From the IMG/VR virus record IMGVR_UViG_3300042090_002148: a DNA stretch of 64,000 nt. The stretch is one strand, 5' to 3'. This document shows, piece after piece, positions 18,724 through 27,919 of this stretch. A program made the position numbers and the translations under genes. Origin of the DNA: a virus. The notes beneath the pieces were generated by a model. The model made no database searches. It had not been told where the DNA came from and saw nothing but the letters and a program-made list of their open reading frames with translations. The first letter of the stretch is position 1. Each line of letters opens with the position of its first letter.

Positions 18724-19301
18724 CTCTTCCCCCTGCACCCCGGCGCAACTCGGGCAACAACTGCGCCGACCCTGACTGTGACGCCACGCTGTTCTACGGC
18801 GACGAGGTCGTCCGCATCCAGGTTGTCTTCGCTCAACGCGGAGACGGCGAGATTCTCCAGTACCCAGTTCTCGACGAGGAAGATCCGGCCCGGGACTTCT
18901 TGTTCGAGCCGTACTACTTCTGCATGGACTGCTGGAGCAAGACGTACGAGTTCGCGAAGAGCGAGCTCGCAGATCAGCTGCCTGTGTCCGACGTGCACAG
19001 CGTCTTCGAGTGCTCCTTCTGTGCGAGCGGTATCCGCGAGGTGACGGAGTACGCGGGCGTCGCCGAGATCGGAGAGTTCGAGCTCTCCAAGCGCGCGCCG
19101 GACGGACTGAAGGGGCCGATCTTCGTGGTCACCGCAAAGCCGATGCTCCTCTGCATCAGCTGCCTCCAACTCATCAACGAGGGCTACATCGAGCTCTGGT
19201 CGAACCTTTCACAGAACAACGAGTGCATCGACTGCTGCACCGCGCGTTGCTGGCGCGCTCCCTGTTCCTGTACCTGCCACACGGAAGAGACCCCCGAATG
19301 A
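18708..19301 (+). CDS. Cys-rich putative multi-zinc-finger protein, ~197 aa
   Basis: AAGGAGG SD before ATG 18708; CADPDC, CMDC, CSFC, CISC, CIDCC..CSCTC. Confidence 0.7.
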   Translation: MEPGLTLPPAPRRNSGNNCADPDCDATLFYGDEVVRIQVVFAQRGDGEILQYPVLDEEDPARDFLFEPYYFCMDCWSKTYEFAKSELADQLPVSDVHSVFECSFCASGIREVTEYAGVAEIGEFELSKRAPDGLKGPIFVVTAKPMLLCISCLQLINEGYIELWSNLSQNNECIDCCTARCWRAPCSCTCHTEETPE

Positions 19302-20524
19302 ACCTCAAGCTCATCATGTACATCTGCCTCCTCACTCCCGCGAAGCCCGTCGGCAAGGAGTGGCGCTGGGGCGTTCCTTACCTCCTGATGGGGGCTCCTT
19401 CGACCGCGAAGACCAGCAGCATTATCCAGGTCTGCGAACGCATGCAGGCGCCCAACGAGACGCTGTACCTGAGCACCCACATGCCGGAAGACCTCTCCGG
19501 CATCCCGGTGGTGATGAACGGGAAGGGGCAGCGCGTGAACTTCATGGCCGAGGTCGACGCACTTGCAGCACAGGGCTGCGGAGTCTTGGTGCTGGACGAG
19601 CTCACCACCGCGCGAGAGACCACGCAGAACGCCGCGATGGGGCTCGTCCTCGAGCGCGTGTTGGCTGGAACGAAGCTGCCCAACGGCCTACGCATCGCCG
19701 CCGCCGCGAACCCGCCCGAGCAGGCTGCTGCGGCTCGCGACCTGTCCCTCCCGGCTGCGAACCGCTTCCTGCACTTCGACGTGACGGAGGAGAACCGGCA
19801 GGGCTTCGATGAGACCCTCGAGCGGAGCTGCGCGTTGGCGCGCGGCGAGGAACCGCCGCCCTACACCGAGGAAAACGAGCTCGGCACGCTCAAGGACGGC
19901 GAGAAGATGGTCATGCAGCGCTGGGGTGTGGCGTTGCCGCGTACCTGGCGCCTCGTGAAGCGCTTCCTCGACAGCGCACCCGACCGCCTGACCGTCATCC
20001 CGCCCGTCGGGAACCCTGCGCGTGGCCGCGCCTGGGCCTCCAAGCGCAGCTGGGAGATGGGGACCATGGCGATGGCCGCTGCTGAGGCGCTCGCGCATCC
20101 CGAGTGCAACGCAGACCTTCTGACCGCCGCAGTCGGGGAAGACATCGCAGGCGAGTACATCGAGTTCGTCACCAAGCTGAACCTGCCCCACCCGACGGAC
20201 GTCATCAGCGGCAAGTGGACCCCGGACAAGACGCGCCTCGACACCGCTGCAACCGCGTTCGAGTCCGCGACGCTGTTCATCCTCGGCACCACCGACAAGG
20301 CGCTGCAGGCGCAGTACATCACGGACTACTGGGGCGTTCTCCACAAGGCCGCGGTCAAGCACAACTTTCTCGATGTCGTGCGAGGCAGCATCGAGTCCAT
20401 GGTGCAGCGCGGCTTCGCCAACCAGAGCATCAACCCGGAGTTCCACAAGGCGGCCAACCCCCTGCTCACCGCCTTGGGCGAGAAGTTCCACGAGCACCTG
20501 AACTTCCCGACAGCCGCTCCATGA
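19298..20524 (+). CDS. MoxR-type AAA+ ATPase, ~408 aa
   Basis: Walker A GAPSTAKT, Walker B VLVLDELT, sensor AAANP, arginine finger ANRFLH; ATGA overlap with the upstream stop. Confidence 0.85.
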   Translation: MNLKLIMYICLLTPAKPVGKEWRWGVPYLLMGAPSTAKTSSIIQVCERMQAPNETLYLSTHMPEDLSGIPVVMNGKGQRVNFMAEVDALAAQGCGVLVLDELTTARETTQNAAMGLVLERVLAGTKLPNGLRIAAAANPPEQAAAARDLSLPAANRFLHFDVTEENRQGFDETLERSCALARGEEPPPYTEENELGTLKDGEKMVMQRWGVALPRTWRLVKRFLDSAPDRLTVIPPVGNPARGRAWASKRSWEMGTMAMAAAEALAHPECNADLLTAAVGEDIAGEYIEFVTKLNLPHPTDVISGKWTPDKTRLDTAATAFESATLFILGTTDKALQAQYITDYWGVLHKAAVKHNFLDVVRGSIESMVQRGFANQSINPEFHKAANPLLTALGEKFHEHLNFPTAAP

Positions 20525-21807
20525 CAGACATCAACGAAGCCGAGGCGAAGATCTCTCTCGCGCGTACCATCGTTCGCTCGAAGGGTCCCTACTACTCGAA
20601 GACGATGGCCAGCCTGGTGTTCATGCCCCTCGAGGGCATCAAGACCATGTGCGTGACCACGAACCTCATCCTCGGCTACGACCCGGAGTGGGCGCTCATG
20701 GCGCCCGCGACGGTACTCGCCGCGGACGTTGTTCACGAGATCAACCACTTCATCCGGCGGCATCTTTACCGCATCCCCGGCGGAGACCCGCACCTGAAGA
20801 ACATCGCCGGCGACCTGTCCATCAACCCCGACCTCCTCATCGGAGGTTGGGACTTGGCGGACAAGACCTCGCCACGACCTGCCATCCTGCCGAAGGACTT
20901 CAAGTTCCCCGACGGGCTCTCACAGGAGGAGTACTACGCGCTCCTGCTGAAGGAACAACAGAAGAAGAACCCGAAGCTGCAGGAGATGCTCGATGCGCTG
21001 CGCGGTGGCCAGGGCGGCGTAGGCAGCGGTGCCTGCGGCGGCATCGCCCAGGGTGCGGGGCTCTCCGCTGCTGAGAAGGCACTCGAAGCCATCCCCGGAG
21101 TCGGTCGCTCGAAGGCCGAGATCAAGAACGTCGAGGTCATCGCAGCGAAGCAGATCAAGGACTACGTCGCCCAGAAGGGACGGGGTTCCGTCCCTGAGAA
21201 GCTCATTCGCGATGCAGAGCTCTCCAAGGAGATCTCAAGGATCCGCTGGCAGGACATCCTGTCTCGCGTCGTCCGCACCGCCACGGGGCAGATCACGCTG
21301 GGCGGCGAGATCGAGCCCTCGTACATACGACTCTCACGGCGCATGCAGCCGGAGATGGGCATCATCCGTCCGAGCTACATCACGCAGATGCCCGAGATCG
21401 CCATCGTGCGCGACACCTCGGGCTCGATGGGACAGAAGCAGCTGCAGGACTGCGTGCGCGAGTCCTACGCCATCGTGAAGAGCTTGGGCATCGACGAGGT
21501 CTGGTTCACGGACGCAGATGCTGCCGTGGCAATGCCCTGGCAGCGCGTGAGGAAAGAGTTCTTCGAGAAGCTGACAACTTCTCGAGGGGGAGGCGGAACA
21601 GACTTCGCTCCTGCTATCAAAGACGCACTGAAGCTCAAGCCGAAGCCCGACCTCCTCATCTACTGCACCGACGGCGACGGCTACGCAGGCGACGCCCCAC
21701 GAGGCATGGGCGTCGTGTTCGCTGTCGTCCCGTCCCACTACAACAAGGCCCCCTGCGAGTGGGCCACCACCGTCTTCATCGAAGACCCGGAGAAGAGCAC
21801 GTCGTAG
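20521..21807 (+). CDS. DUF2201-type putative metallopeptidase + vWA domain protein, ~428 aa
   Basis: HEINH (HExxH); MIDAS DTSGS; GGGTDF; YCTDGDG; ATGA-coupled to the MoxR gene. Confidence 0.85.
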   Translation: MTDINEAEAKISLARTIVRSKGPYYSKTMASLVFMPLEGIKTMCVTTNLILGYDPEWALMAPATVLAADVVHEINHFIRRHLYRIPGGDPHLKNIAGDLSINPDLLIGGWDLADKTSPRPAILPKDFKFPDGLSQEEYYALLLKEQQKKNPKLQEMLDALRGGQGGVGSGACGGIAQGAGLSAAEKALEAIPGVGRSKAEIKNVEVIAAKQIKDYVAQKGRGSVPEKLIRDAELSKEISRIRWQDILSRVVRTATGQITLGGEIEPSYIRLSRRMQPEMGIIRPSYITQMPEIAIVRDTSGSMGQKQLQDCVRESYAIVKSLGIDEVWFTDADAAVAMPWQRVRKEFFEKLTTSRGGGGTDFAPAIKDALKLKPKPDLLIYCTDGDGYAGDAPRGMGVVFAVVPSHYNKAPCEWATTVFIEDPEKSTS

Positions 21808-21808
21808 T

Positions 21809-21833
21809 GAAGGAGGGCCTCGTGCCCTTCTTC
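21809..21833. terminator. Hairpin between convergent genes, possible bidirectional terminator
   Basis: GAAGGAGGGC-ctcgt-GCCCTTCTTC, a 10-bp stem with one G-U pair, fills the whole intergenic gap. Confidence 0.55.
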
Positions 21834-23879
21834 TTAGGTACCGCCTGCTCTGCGTGGGGGACGCTGCTGTGGCATCGGGCGCGTGTCGACGCCGGCCACC
21901 TGTGACCCGGTGTTCCCCGAGCTCTCTCCACCTTCGCCCCCCATCTGGGCCAGGTACTGACGCACCAGGTCCGCGAGCTCGGGGCTCTGGAAGCCGAGGT
22001 TGGTGATGGCCTGCGCCTGCTGCTGCTTCGGCAGGGTCGCGATGGTGCGCGCCTGCATCAGCGCCAAGGAGGGCAGGTCGATGTTCTGCTTGGCCTGGCC
22101 GCCGCCAGCGCCCTGCATCTTCTGCCCGCCGGAGAGCTGGCTGCCGATCTGCTGGAGGAAGTCCGGAGGAGACGCTCCTCCGTTCGCAGGCTGCTGTTGC
22201 TGCGGAGCCTGCTCTCCGAGCTGCGGGGCCTGTCCCTGCTCGGGCGGTGGAGGTGCCATGCCCGCAGCGCCCTCGAGGCCACCAGGCTCTCCGGGTGCCT
22301 GTGGGGCCCCCATCGCCGTCTGAGTCTCCTGCTGCGCGCGAGCCTGGTACTTCACCATCACGAGCTGGGACTCGCCCTGGATGGTCGCCATCGCAAGCTG
22401 CTGCTTCTTCGTGGCCTCGAGACGTGTGTCGGTCTCGCGGATCATGATCTGGTTCTCGTCCTCCTGGGACATGTCGCTGTCTGCGAGGAGGGTCGTGTCG
22501 CTGATCTTGCCGGCCGCGTTGAGCTGGAAGTTGAACGCCTTGCGCTGCAGGTCGTCCGCCATCTTGAACGGCTTGAAGCGGATGTTCGCGAGCGGCCACC
22601 CGAGGAACGAGGAGACCTGCCGCATGATGAAGCGGGCGAGGTCGCGCTGACGCTGGAGGTAGCCGATGAACATGTTCTCGAGCATGCGCATCGACACGTT
22701 CGTGCCGGCGTAACTCATGCCGCCCTTGATGAACTCGAGGGGGACACCCATGCCGTTGAGGATCTGCTCCGACCAGGTCACGATCTCCTGCGTGAGAAGA
22801 AGCGCACGACCGTCACCGCCGATGGTCTGGTTGCCGATGGGCAGAGGAAGGATGGGGATGTAGTTGTTGTCCGTCCTCCAGCGCGCAATCTCCTGGGCAA
22901 TCTGGTCGCGCCAGTCGATGAGGTTGATGGTGGTGTACGGGTCCGAGCTCCCCGAACCGGCCTGCGGGAAGATGACGCGCAGCGGGACGATGTGCTCGAC
23001 GAGGATGGCCTCCTGCGCCTTCTTCATGATCTGCAGGTAGAAGGTGTCCTTCAGGACCGGCAGAAGAAGGGGAACACCCACGCCGCGGTCCTGCCCTGCC
23101 AGGGTCGGACGACGCATGTGGAAGAAGTTGTCCTTCGAGAAGATGACCCCCTTCTGCTCGCGCATCGCCTGGATGAAGACCTGCGGGATGCCGTCGACGA
23201 CGTCCTTGCGGCCGATGACGATGTCGTTCCGGATGATGGCGGGGATGTCGTAGAAGTACGTGTAGTCCCCGGTCATGTCGTTGTAGCGAACCTCGACATC
23301 CTCCGGGTTCCAGCGGATCGTCTTGATGCCGCTCGCGTTCTTGTAATAGACGTCCTTCGGCGTGGCATCACCGACGCGACCACAGCGCGGGCAGGTGAGC
23401 CGGAAGTTGAAGTTCGTGAAGATCCAGTTCGCCCGGATCTTCGACGCCTCGTCGCGGAAGTTGCACGCGTTGCAGAAGAGGAACTTCTTGAACGGGAACC
23501 CGAGCGAGACGTAGCCGTTGCCGTACGCATGGAAGTCGAGACCCGACTCCACCTGGAACGAACGGTAGCGGAGATGATCCTGGAAGTACTCCGTCCAGCG
23601 CTTCTTCACCTCCGGGTCTTCGTGGTCGATGATGATGTCGGTGACGGGGTACTCGCTCAGCTTGAACACCGTCGCATTGATGAGCGGGTTCGTGAGGAAG
23701 TAGTAGCGGCACCACTTGAAGAGCTGCTTGACCGTGACCGGCAAGTACGTGTGCGCGATGTCGAAGAACGGCGAGGGGTAGTTGACCCCTTGGATGTTGG
23801 AGCCGTTGATGCGCCCGCGTGTTGTGGCGAAGCGGAGCCCGCTTGCCGGGCCTGTCGCCATTCCTCCCAGAAAGCTCAT
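21834..23879 (-). CDS. Portal protein, 681 aa
   Basis: YPSPFFD..CRYYFLTNPLINATVFKLSEYPVT, DFHAYGNGYV, HMRRP..GVPLLLPVL, MGVPLEFIKGG are portal-like blocks; low-complexity C-tail. Confidence 0.75.
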   Translation of the reverse strand: MSFLGGMATGPASGLRFATTRGRINGSNIQGVNYPSPFFDIAHTYLPVTVKQLFKWCRYYFLTNPLINATVFKLSEYPVTDIIIDHEDPEVKKRWTEYFQDHLRYRSFQVESGLDFHAYGNGYVSLGFPFKKFLFCNACNFRDEASKIRANWIFTNFNFRLTCPRCGRVGDATPKDVYYKNASGIKTIRWNPEDVEVRYNDMTGDYTYFYDIPAIIRNDIVIGRKDVVDGIPQVFIQAMREQKGVIFSKDNFFHMRRPTLAGQDRGVGVPLLLPVLKDTFYLQIMKKAQEAILVEHIVPLRVIFPQAGSGSSDPYTTINLIDWRDQIAQEIARWRTDNNYIPILPLPIGNQTIGGDGRALLLTQEIVTWSEQILNGMGVPLEFIKGGMSYAGTNVSMRMLENMFIGYLQRQRDLARFIMRQVSSFLGWPLANIRFKPFKMADDLQRKAFNFQLNAAGKISDTTLLADSDMSQEDENQIMIRETDTRLEATKKQQLAMATIQGESQLVMVKYQARAQQETQTAMGAPQAPGEPGGLEGAAGMAPPPPEQGQAPQLGEQAPQQQQPANGGASPPDFLQQIGSQLSGGQKMQGAGGGQAKQNIDLPSLALMQARTIATLPKQQQAQAITNLGFQSPELADLVRQYLAQMGGEGGESSGNTGSQVAGVDTRPMPQQRPPRRAGGT

Positions 23880-24811
23880 ACGGGTGACTCCGGCGCCTGT
23901 CCGGCAGCAGCGGGACTCATGACGCGTTCAGTGGCGGTCTGCTGTGCCTCGGTTGGCTCCATCGTAGGAGTCGGGGCGTTGTGGAGTCGACGCCCCCGAA
24001 GACGATCTACTCCACGACCTGCCCAGGCACCGACCTGAGAAGACCCCGCACCGAGCGCGGCCTGCCCACCCATCGGCAGCATGCCACCGGCGATGCCGCC
24101 CACCGCACCTCCAACCGCACGACCCACGGACTCACCTCGGCCCTGTCCTTCTTCGGTCGGAGCAAGAGCACCTGCCGCGAGGGGGAGCCCGACGGCTGCT
24201 GCAGTCAGAAGTGGTTGGTTACGCAACTGCTCTTCCGCGCTCGTGCGCAGCGTATTGCCGACGCCGTTGTTCTTCATCGACTTGAGGTAGCCGGGGATGC
24301 TGGTGAGTCCCATGTTCTGCGCCTTCTCGGAAGCGTTTAGCGCTTTCTCCAGCCGTGGGACACTCCTGCTCCCCTCGGCCTTTGCTGTCGCGAGCGCTTG
24401 ACGAGCATCATGTGCTCCGCCGCGCACTCCCTCGATCTCTGCAGGGGAAAGCATTCCGGTGAAGCCATGAACCTGTCGTTGACCGAACCGTGACGCCGCG
24501 CCCATAGCGCCCGAAGCTTGCGTAAGGTGGCTGAGATCTTTCTTGACCAGGCCGCCAGCTGCTCCGCCAGCGAGACCACCAACCATCCCGCCCATCGTCG
24601 CGCCTTGAACAGCACCCCCGAGAGCTCCTGAGACACCACTCTGTCCGTTCTCCTCTGCGTGCTGGTAGCCGTGGATGCCGCCAAGGACTGCTCCACCGCC
24701 GGCGCCCAGCAGAGCACCACGCCCGCCGAGCGCACCGATGTTCTTCAACGCGAAACCGGCCTCCTTGCGGAGCTCGTCGCGGAACGCGAGCAGCATGGCC
24801 TCATCGAGCAT
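23876..24811 (-). CDS. Gly/Ala-rich putative internal virion protein, 311 aa
   Basis: N-terminal AFRDELRKEA; GGAVLGG-type glycine-zipper helices. Confidence 0.65.
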   Translation of the reverse strand: MLDEAMLLAFRDELRKEAGFALKNIGALGGRGALLGAGGGAVLGGIHGYQHAEENGQSGVSGALGGAVQGATMGGMVGGLAGGAAGGLVKKDLSHLTQASGAMGAASRFGQRQVHGFTGMLSPAEIEGVRGGAHDARQALATAKAEGSRSVPRLEKALNASEKAQNMGLTSIPGYLKSMKNNGVGNTLRTSAEEQLRNQPLLTAAAVGLPLAAGALAPTEEGQGRGESVGRAVGGAVGGIAGGMLPMGGQAALGAGSSQVGAWAGRGVDRLRGRRLHNAPTPTMEPTEAQQTATERVMSPAAAGQAPESPV

Positions 24812-25595
24812 GGAACAACCCCAGCTGGTTCATGAGTCGTTCGCGGTTCTCGTTGAGCTGCTGCTGCACCACAAGGAGACGATCCAGCTGCACAGCCACG
24901 GGTGTTGTAGCAGGAAGCGGCTTGCCTGCGCGCAGTACCTCGTCACAACGAGCCTGCACAGCACCGAGGTCCAGTCCCTCGGGGGCGTCAGGTGTCACGA
25001 AGTCAGCGGGTGGCAGCGTGCGGTAGATCCCATCGTGCTCGTAGATGGTCTTGACGTACGCCTTGAGCTCCTCCGACCAAGCCGGCACGCCCTCGGTGCG
25101 AACGTGTCCGGCCGTGGCGCAGGCGATGAGCACCTGACCTACCGTCGGCACCTGCATCACCACGAAGTCCGGGAACTCGCCGTTGAACGGCATGCAGCAT
25201 GCGAGGAAGACTCCCCAGCGTTCCCAGAAGGCGTCAGAGAGAAGGAGCGCACGCACCGCCTGGATCTTCGACAGGTTCAACGCGCTCAACCCGACGCCGA
25301 GGAACTCCTCCGCGATGCGGGGAGCAAACGTCTCGGCTTCCCACTCGAGCCAGTCGTCGCCGAAGGCGCCTCGAAGAAGAGCCTGGAGCACTACGGGGTG
25401 TGCCTCGGGGTGGCCCCAGATGTTCTGCTTCGTCACCGCGGCGAGAGGCAACGGGATGGTGGTCGTGGTCACCGTAGGGACGGGTGGCGTCGACTCGAGG
25501 TGCTCAGTGACGGCGTCCTCCAGAGGAAGATGAGGAGCGCCGACGTTCTTGAGCGTCTCGAGGAAGGTCTCCTCGGAGATGGGCAGCGGGGCCAT
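24801..25595 (-). CDS. Hypothetical head-block protein, 264 aa
   Basis: Trp-rich conserved-looking core HPEAHPVVL..WLEWEAET..KIQAVR..FWERW; SD GAGAGGGA. Confidence 0.7.
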   Translation of the reverse strand: MAPLPISEETFLETLKNVGAPHLPLEDAVTEHLESTPPVPTVTTTTIPLPLAAVTKQNIWGHPEAHPVVLQALLRGAFGDDWLEWEAETFAPRIAEEFLGVGLSALNLSKIQAVRALLLSDAFWERWGVFLACCMPFNGEFPDFVVMQVPTVGQVLIACATAGHVRTEGVPAWSEELKAYVKTIYEHDGIYRTLPPADFVTPDAPEGLDLGAVQARCDEVLRAGKPLPATTPVAVQLDRLLVVQQQLNENRERLMNQLGLFHAR

Positions 25596-25606
25596 CGCGT
25601 CCCTCT

Positions 25607-27298
25607 CTAGTACGCCGGCTCTGCGCCCGGTGCGGTGCCCTGCGCCATGTGGATGACCATCTTCTTCTGGTCGCGGGGCAGGCTCTCGTAGACGCCGATG
25701 GGGTCCTTGCGGAACTCCTCCTGGAAGTCTTCACCGAAGGTGTCACGCACCGTGTGCGTCCCGACGTGCGCGAGACGCTTCAGGTCCGCGTAGGTGATCA
25801 TGTCGTTGCCGATGATGTCGGACCACGACGACTTGCTCGCGATCTTCTCGTTGCCGAAGATGGAGAAGTAGGGGTCAGGGATCGTCTTGTCGTAGGAGCG
25901 GTTCAGCCCGGTGTCCTTGTCGAACTCCGAGAGCAGTGCGCACGCCTCGACGGGATGAAGGGCCAGCGACGCCAGCTTCGAGCCACCCTGCGTGAGGATG
26001 ACGTCCTCCACGGCATCGAGGACACGAAGCACGTCAGGGTACGCCTGGAGCTCTGCCCGTCGCGCGTCGAAGGCGATCTTGATCTCGGTCTCCGGAGCGA
26101 GGCCCTCTGCGCCGTACTTGTGCGCGATGTCCGGGATGTCGATGGCCATCGCCGACGCCTGCTTCACGAGGTTCACGGCGTACTCACGGCGCTCTTCGGG
26201 AGCGAAGAACTTGTAGTACTCCCCGAAGTAGGAGCCTGCTGCCTTCACCTGCGCGTAGCTGTCGAGCGGGTAACGGGACAAGCTTGGCAGCGCGTACTTG
26301 CTGGCCTTCTTCTCCGTCACGTAGGTCGGAGGCTTCGCGTTGGTGACGTCCACTGTCGGCTGCAGGTGCTTCGCCTGCGGCAACGACTTCGGTCCCTCGC
26401 CAGCGATGGCGCTGTTCTCCTGCAGCATCTCCTCGTGGTCGCTCTTCGAGGCCGAGACCAGATGACCGACGCGCGCGGTCTTGTTGATGGTTGTCTTCGA
26501 CGGGGTCGGCGAGAGCTTCCCAGGCTCCTCCATGGGAGCAGTCGTTGTGCCGTTGACCTCTGCCCCTTTGAACGTGCTCATCAACTGTCCGCCTGCCTGG
26601 CCGGCCGCAGCCATGTTGTTCTTGATGGCACCTCCTGCACCTACAGCCGTGCGCGCCAAACCCACGGCCTTACCGATGCCGCCCGGCAACATCTCAGCTG
26701 CGCTACCCAAGAGCTCACCACCAAGACCCGCGAACTTTGCGCCAGCTCCCATGTGCTGCTGCACCGCTTTCTGCGCCGAGGCGACGTTCACAGGCCCACC
26801 GGTGGCACCTGCGTAACCCGCCACCCGATCACCCTGCATGATGCGCTTATACCTTCCTCCATACTGCGCCTTCATGCGGGCCTCTACGGCCATCTGCTCA
26901 GGACTGCCCAGTACGTTGGTAGCATCCGATGAACCCATGCCCGCCTTCTTCACAAGTTCCTCTGGGACCTCGAGGTCGTACCAGCCAGAGGCGACGATGA
27001 GGTTCTCCGCGGCTGTCTTCTGCGCCTCGACGGGAAGCTTGTGCGCGTTCTTGAGGAAGTACGCGACGGAGAGCTCGGTGTTGCCTGGGTCGACGCAGGC
27101 GTACTTCCTGAGCTTCTCTCCGTTGTTCACCATGACGAGTGCGAAGACGTCGTCCGGCAGCCGGTTGCGCGTGCCTTTCAGGTCTGACGCCACCTTCACG
27201 CCTTCCGGCAGCGCGTCGAGCGTGGGGTAGAGAGAACGCAGAGTCTCTCCGTTGAAGTCGTCGTAGACATCGAGAATGAGGCCGCTGATCGAGTCCAT
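25607..27298 (-). CDS. Putative virion/head protein, 563 aa
   Basis: Nine KxA-type motifs; YALP..YPLD..VKAA..YF block; heads an operon leading to the portal. Confidence 0.75.
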   Translation of the reverse strand: MDSISGLILDVYDDFNGETLRSLYPTLDALPEGVKVASDLKGTRNRLPDDVFALVMVNNGEKLRKYACVDPGNTELSVAYFLKNAHKLPVEAQKTAAENLIVASGWYDLEVPEELVKKAGMGSSDATNVLGSPEQMAVEARMKAQYGGRYKRIMQGDRVAGYAGATGGPVNVASAQKAVQQHMGAGAKFAGLGGELLGSAAEMLPGGIGKAVGLARTAVGAGGAIKNNMAAAGQAGGQLMSTFKGAEVNGTTTAPMEEPGKLSPTPSKTTINKTARVGHLVSASKSDHEEMLQENSAIAGEGPKSLPQAKHLQPTVDVTNAKPPTYVTEKKASKYALPSLSRYPLDSYAQVKAAGSYFGEYYKFFAPEERREYAVNLVKQASAMAIDIPDIAHKYGAEGLAPETEIKIAFDARRAELQAYPDVLRVLDAVEDVILTQGGSKLASLALHPVEACALLSEFDKDTGLNRSYDKTIPDPYFSIFGNEKIASKSSWSDIIGNDMITYADLKRLAHVGTHTVRDTFGEDFQEEFRKDPIGVYESLPRDQKKMVIHMAQGTAPGAEPAY

Positions 27299-27305
27299 GC
27301 TCCGT

Positions 27306-27311
27306 ATCCTA
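27306..27311 (-). promoter_or_regulatory. -10-like hexamer TAGGAT, 7 nt upstream of ATG 27298
   Basis: Read directly; no -35 box seen. Confidence 0.45.
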
Positions 27312-27316
27312 CCCGG

Positions 27317-27820
27317 TCACGCGGGCGATTGGTACTGCAGCAGGTACATCCGGGCCTTCTCGGTCCTTACCGGATCCTTCTCCAAGAAGCCGACAGTCAG
27401 GTTGCATCCATGGCACAGCAGCGCCCGCAGCTTGTTCGTTCGGTGGTTGTGATCTACGCACAGCGGCTTCCCGCCTGGCTGTGGCTTGCCACAGATGGCG
27501 CAGACCCCTCCTTGGGCGCGTACACGCTCCTCGTACTCTTCCGCGGTGAGCCCGTACTCTCGAAGGAAACGTTCCCTGTTGTACTGCTTGCGCTCCGCCT
27601 TGTGTGCATCTCTCCAGCGTTGGGCGGTGGCACGCCCCTTCTCGCTGATCGCGTATCTACGCTGAACCGGCTGCGTCGTACGCGGCTTGCCGCGGTAGTA
27701 GTGGGCGTTGTAGTGCTCGCGGCAGAAGGACATGCTGTACGCCTCCCTTTTACAGCCACTCGGCTCTGCGCACTGTTTGCCCTTGTTCTTCTGGTACTTC
27801 TTTCGGCGCTCCGTGTACAC
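27317..27820 (-). CDS. Endonuclease VII-type HNH endonuclease
   Basis: YGLTAEEY..QGGVCAICG..VDHNH..RALLCHGCN..GFLEKDP. Confidence 0.9.
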   Translation of the reverse strand: MYTERRKKYQKNKGKQCAEPSGCKREAYSMSFCREHYNAHYYRGKPRTTQPVQRRYAISEKGRATAQRWRDAHKAERKQYNRERFLREYGLTAEEYEERVRAQGGVCAICGKPQPGGKPLCVDHNHRTNKLRALLCHGCNLTVGFLEKDPVRTEKARMYLLQYQSPA

Positions 27821-27879
27821 AATTCGCTTAGTACTCTGGAACTAAGTGAAAAGCAAACGGCAAGTTAGGCGCGAGCAAG

Positions 27880-27895
27880 GAGATAAGAAACCTGC
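27880..27895 (+). promoter_or_regulatory. GATAAG-box motif copy 2 (GAGATAAGAAACCTGC)
   Basis: Head of the replication block, in a divergent intergenic region. Confidence 0.6.
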
Positions 27896-27919
27896 CACGT
27901 GACTATGCCAGGAGGCCGC

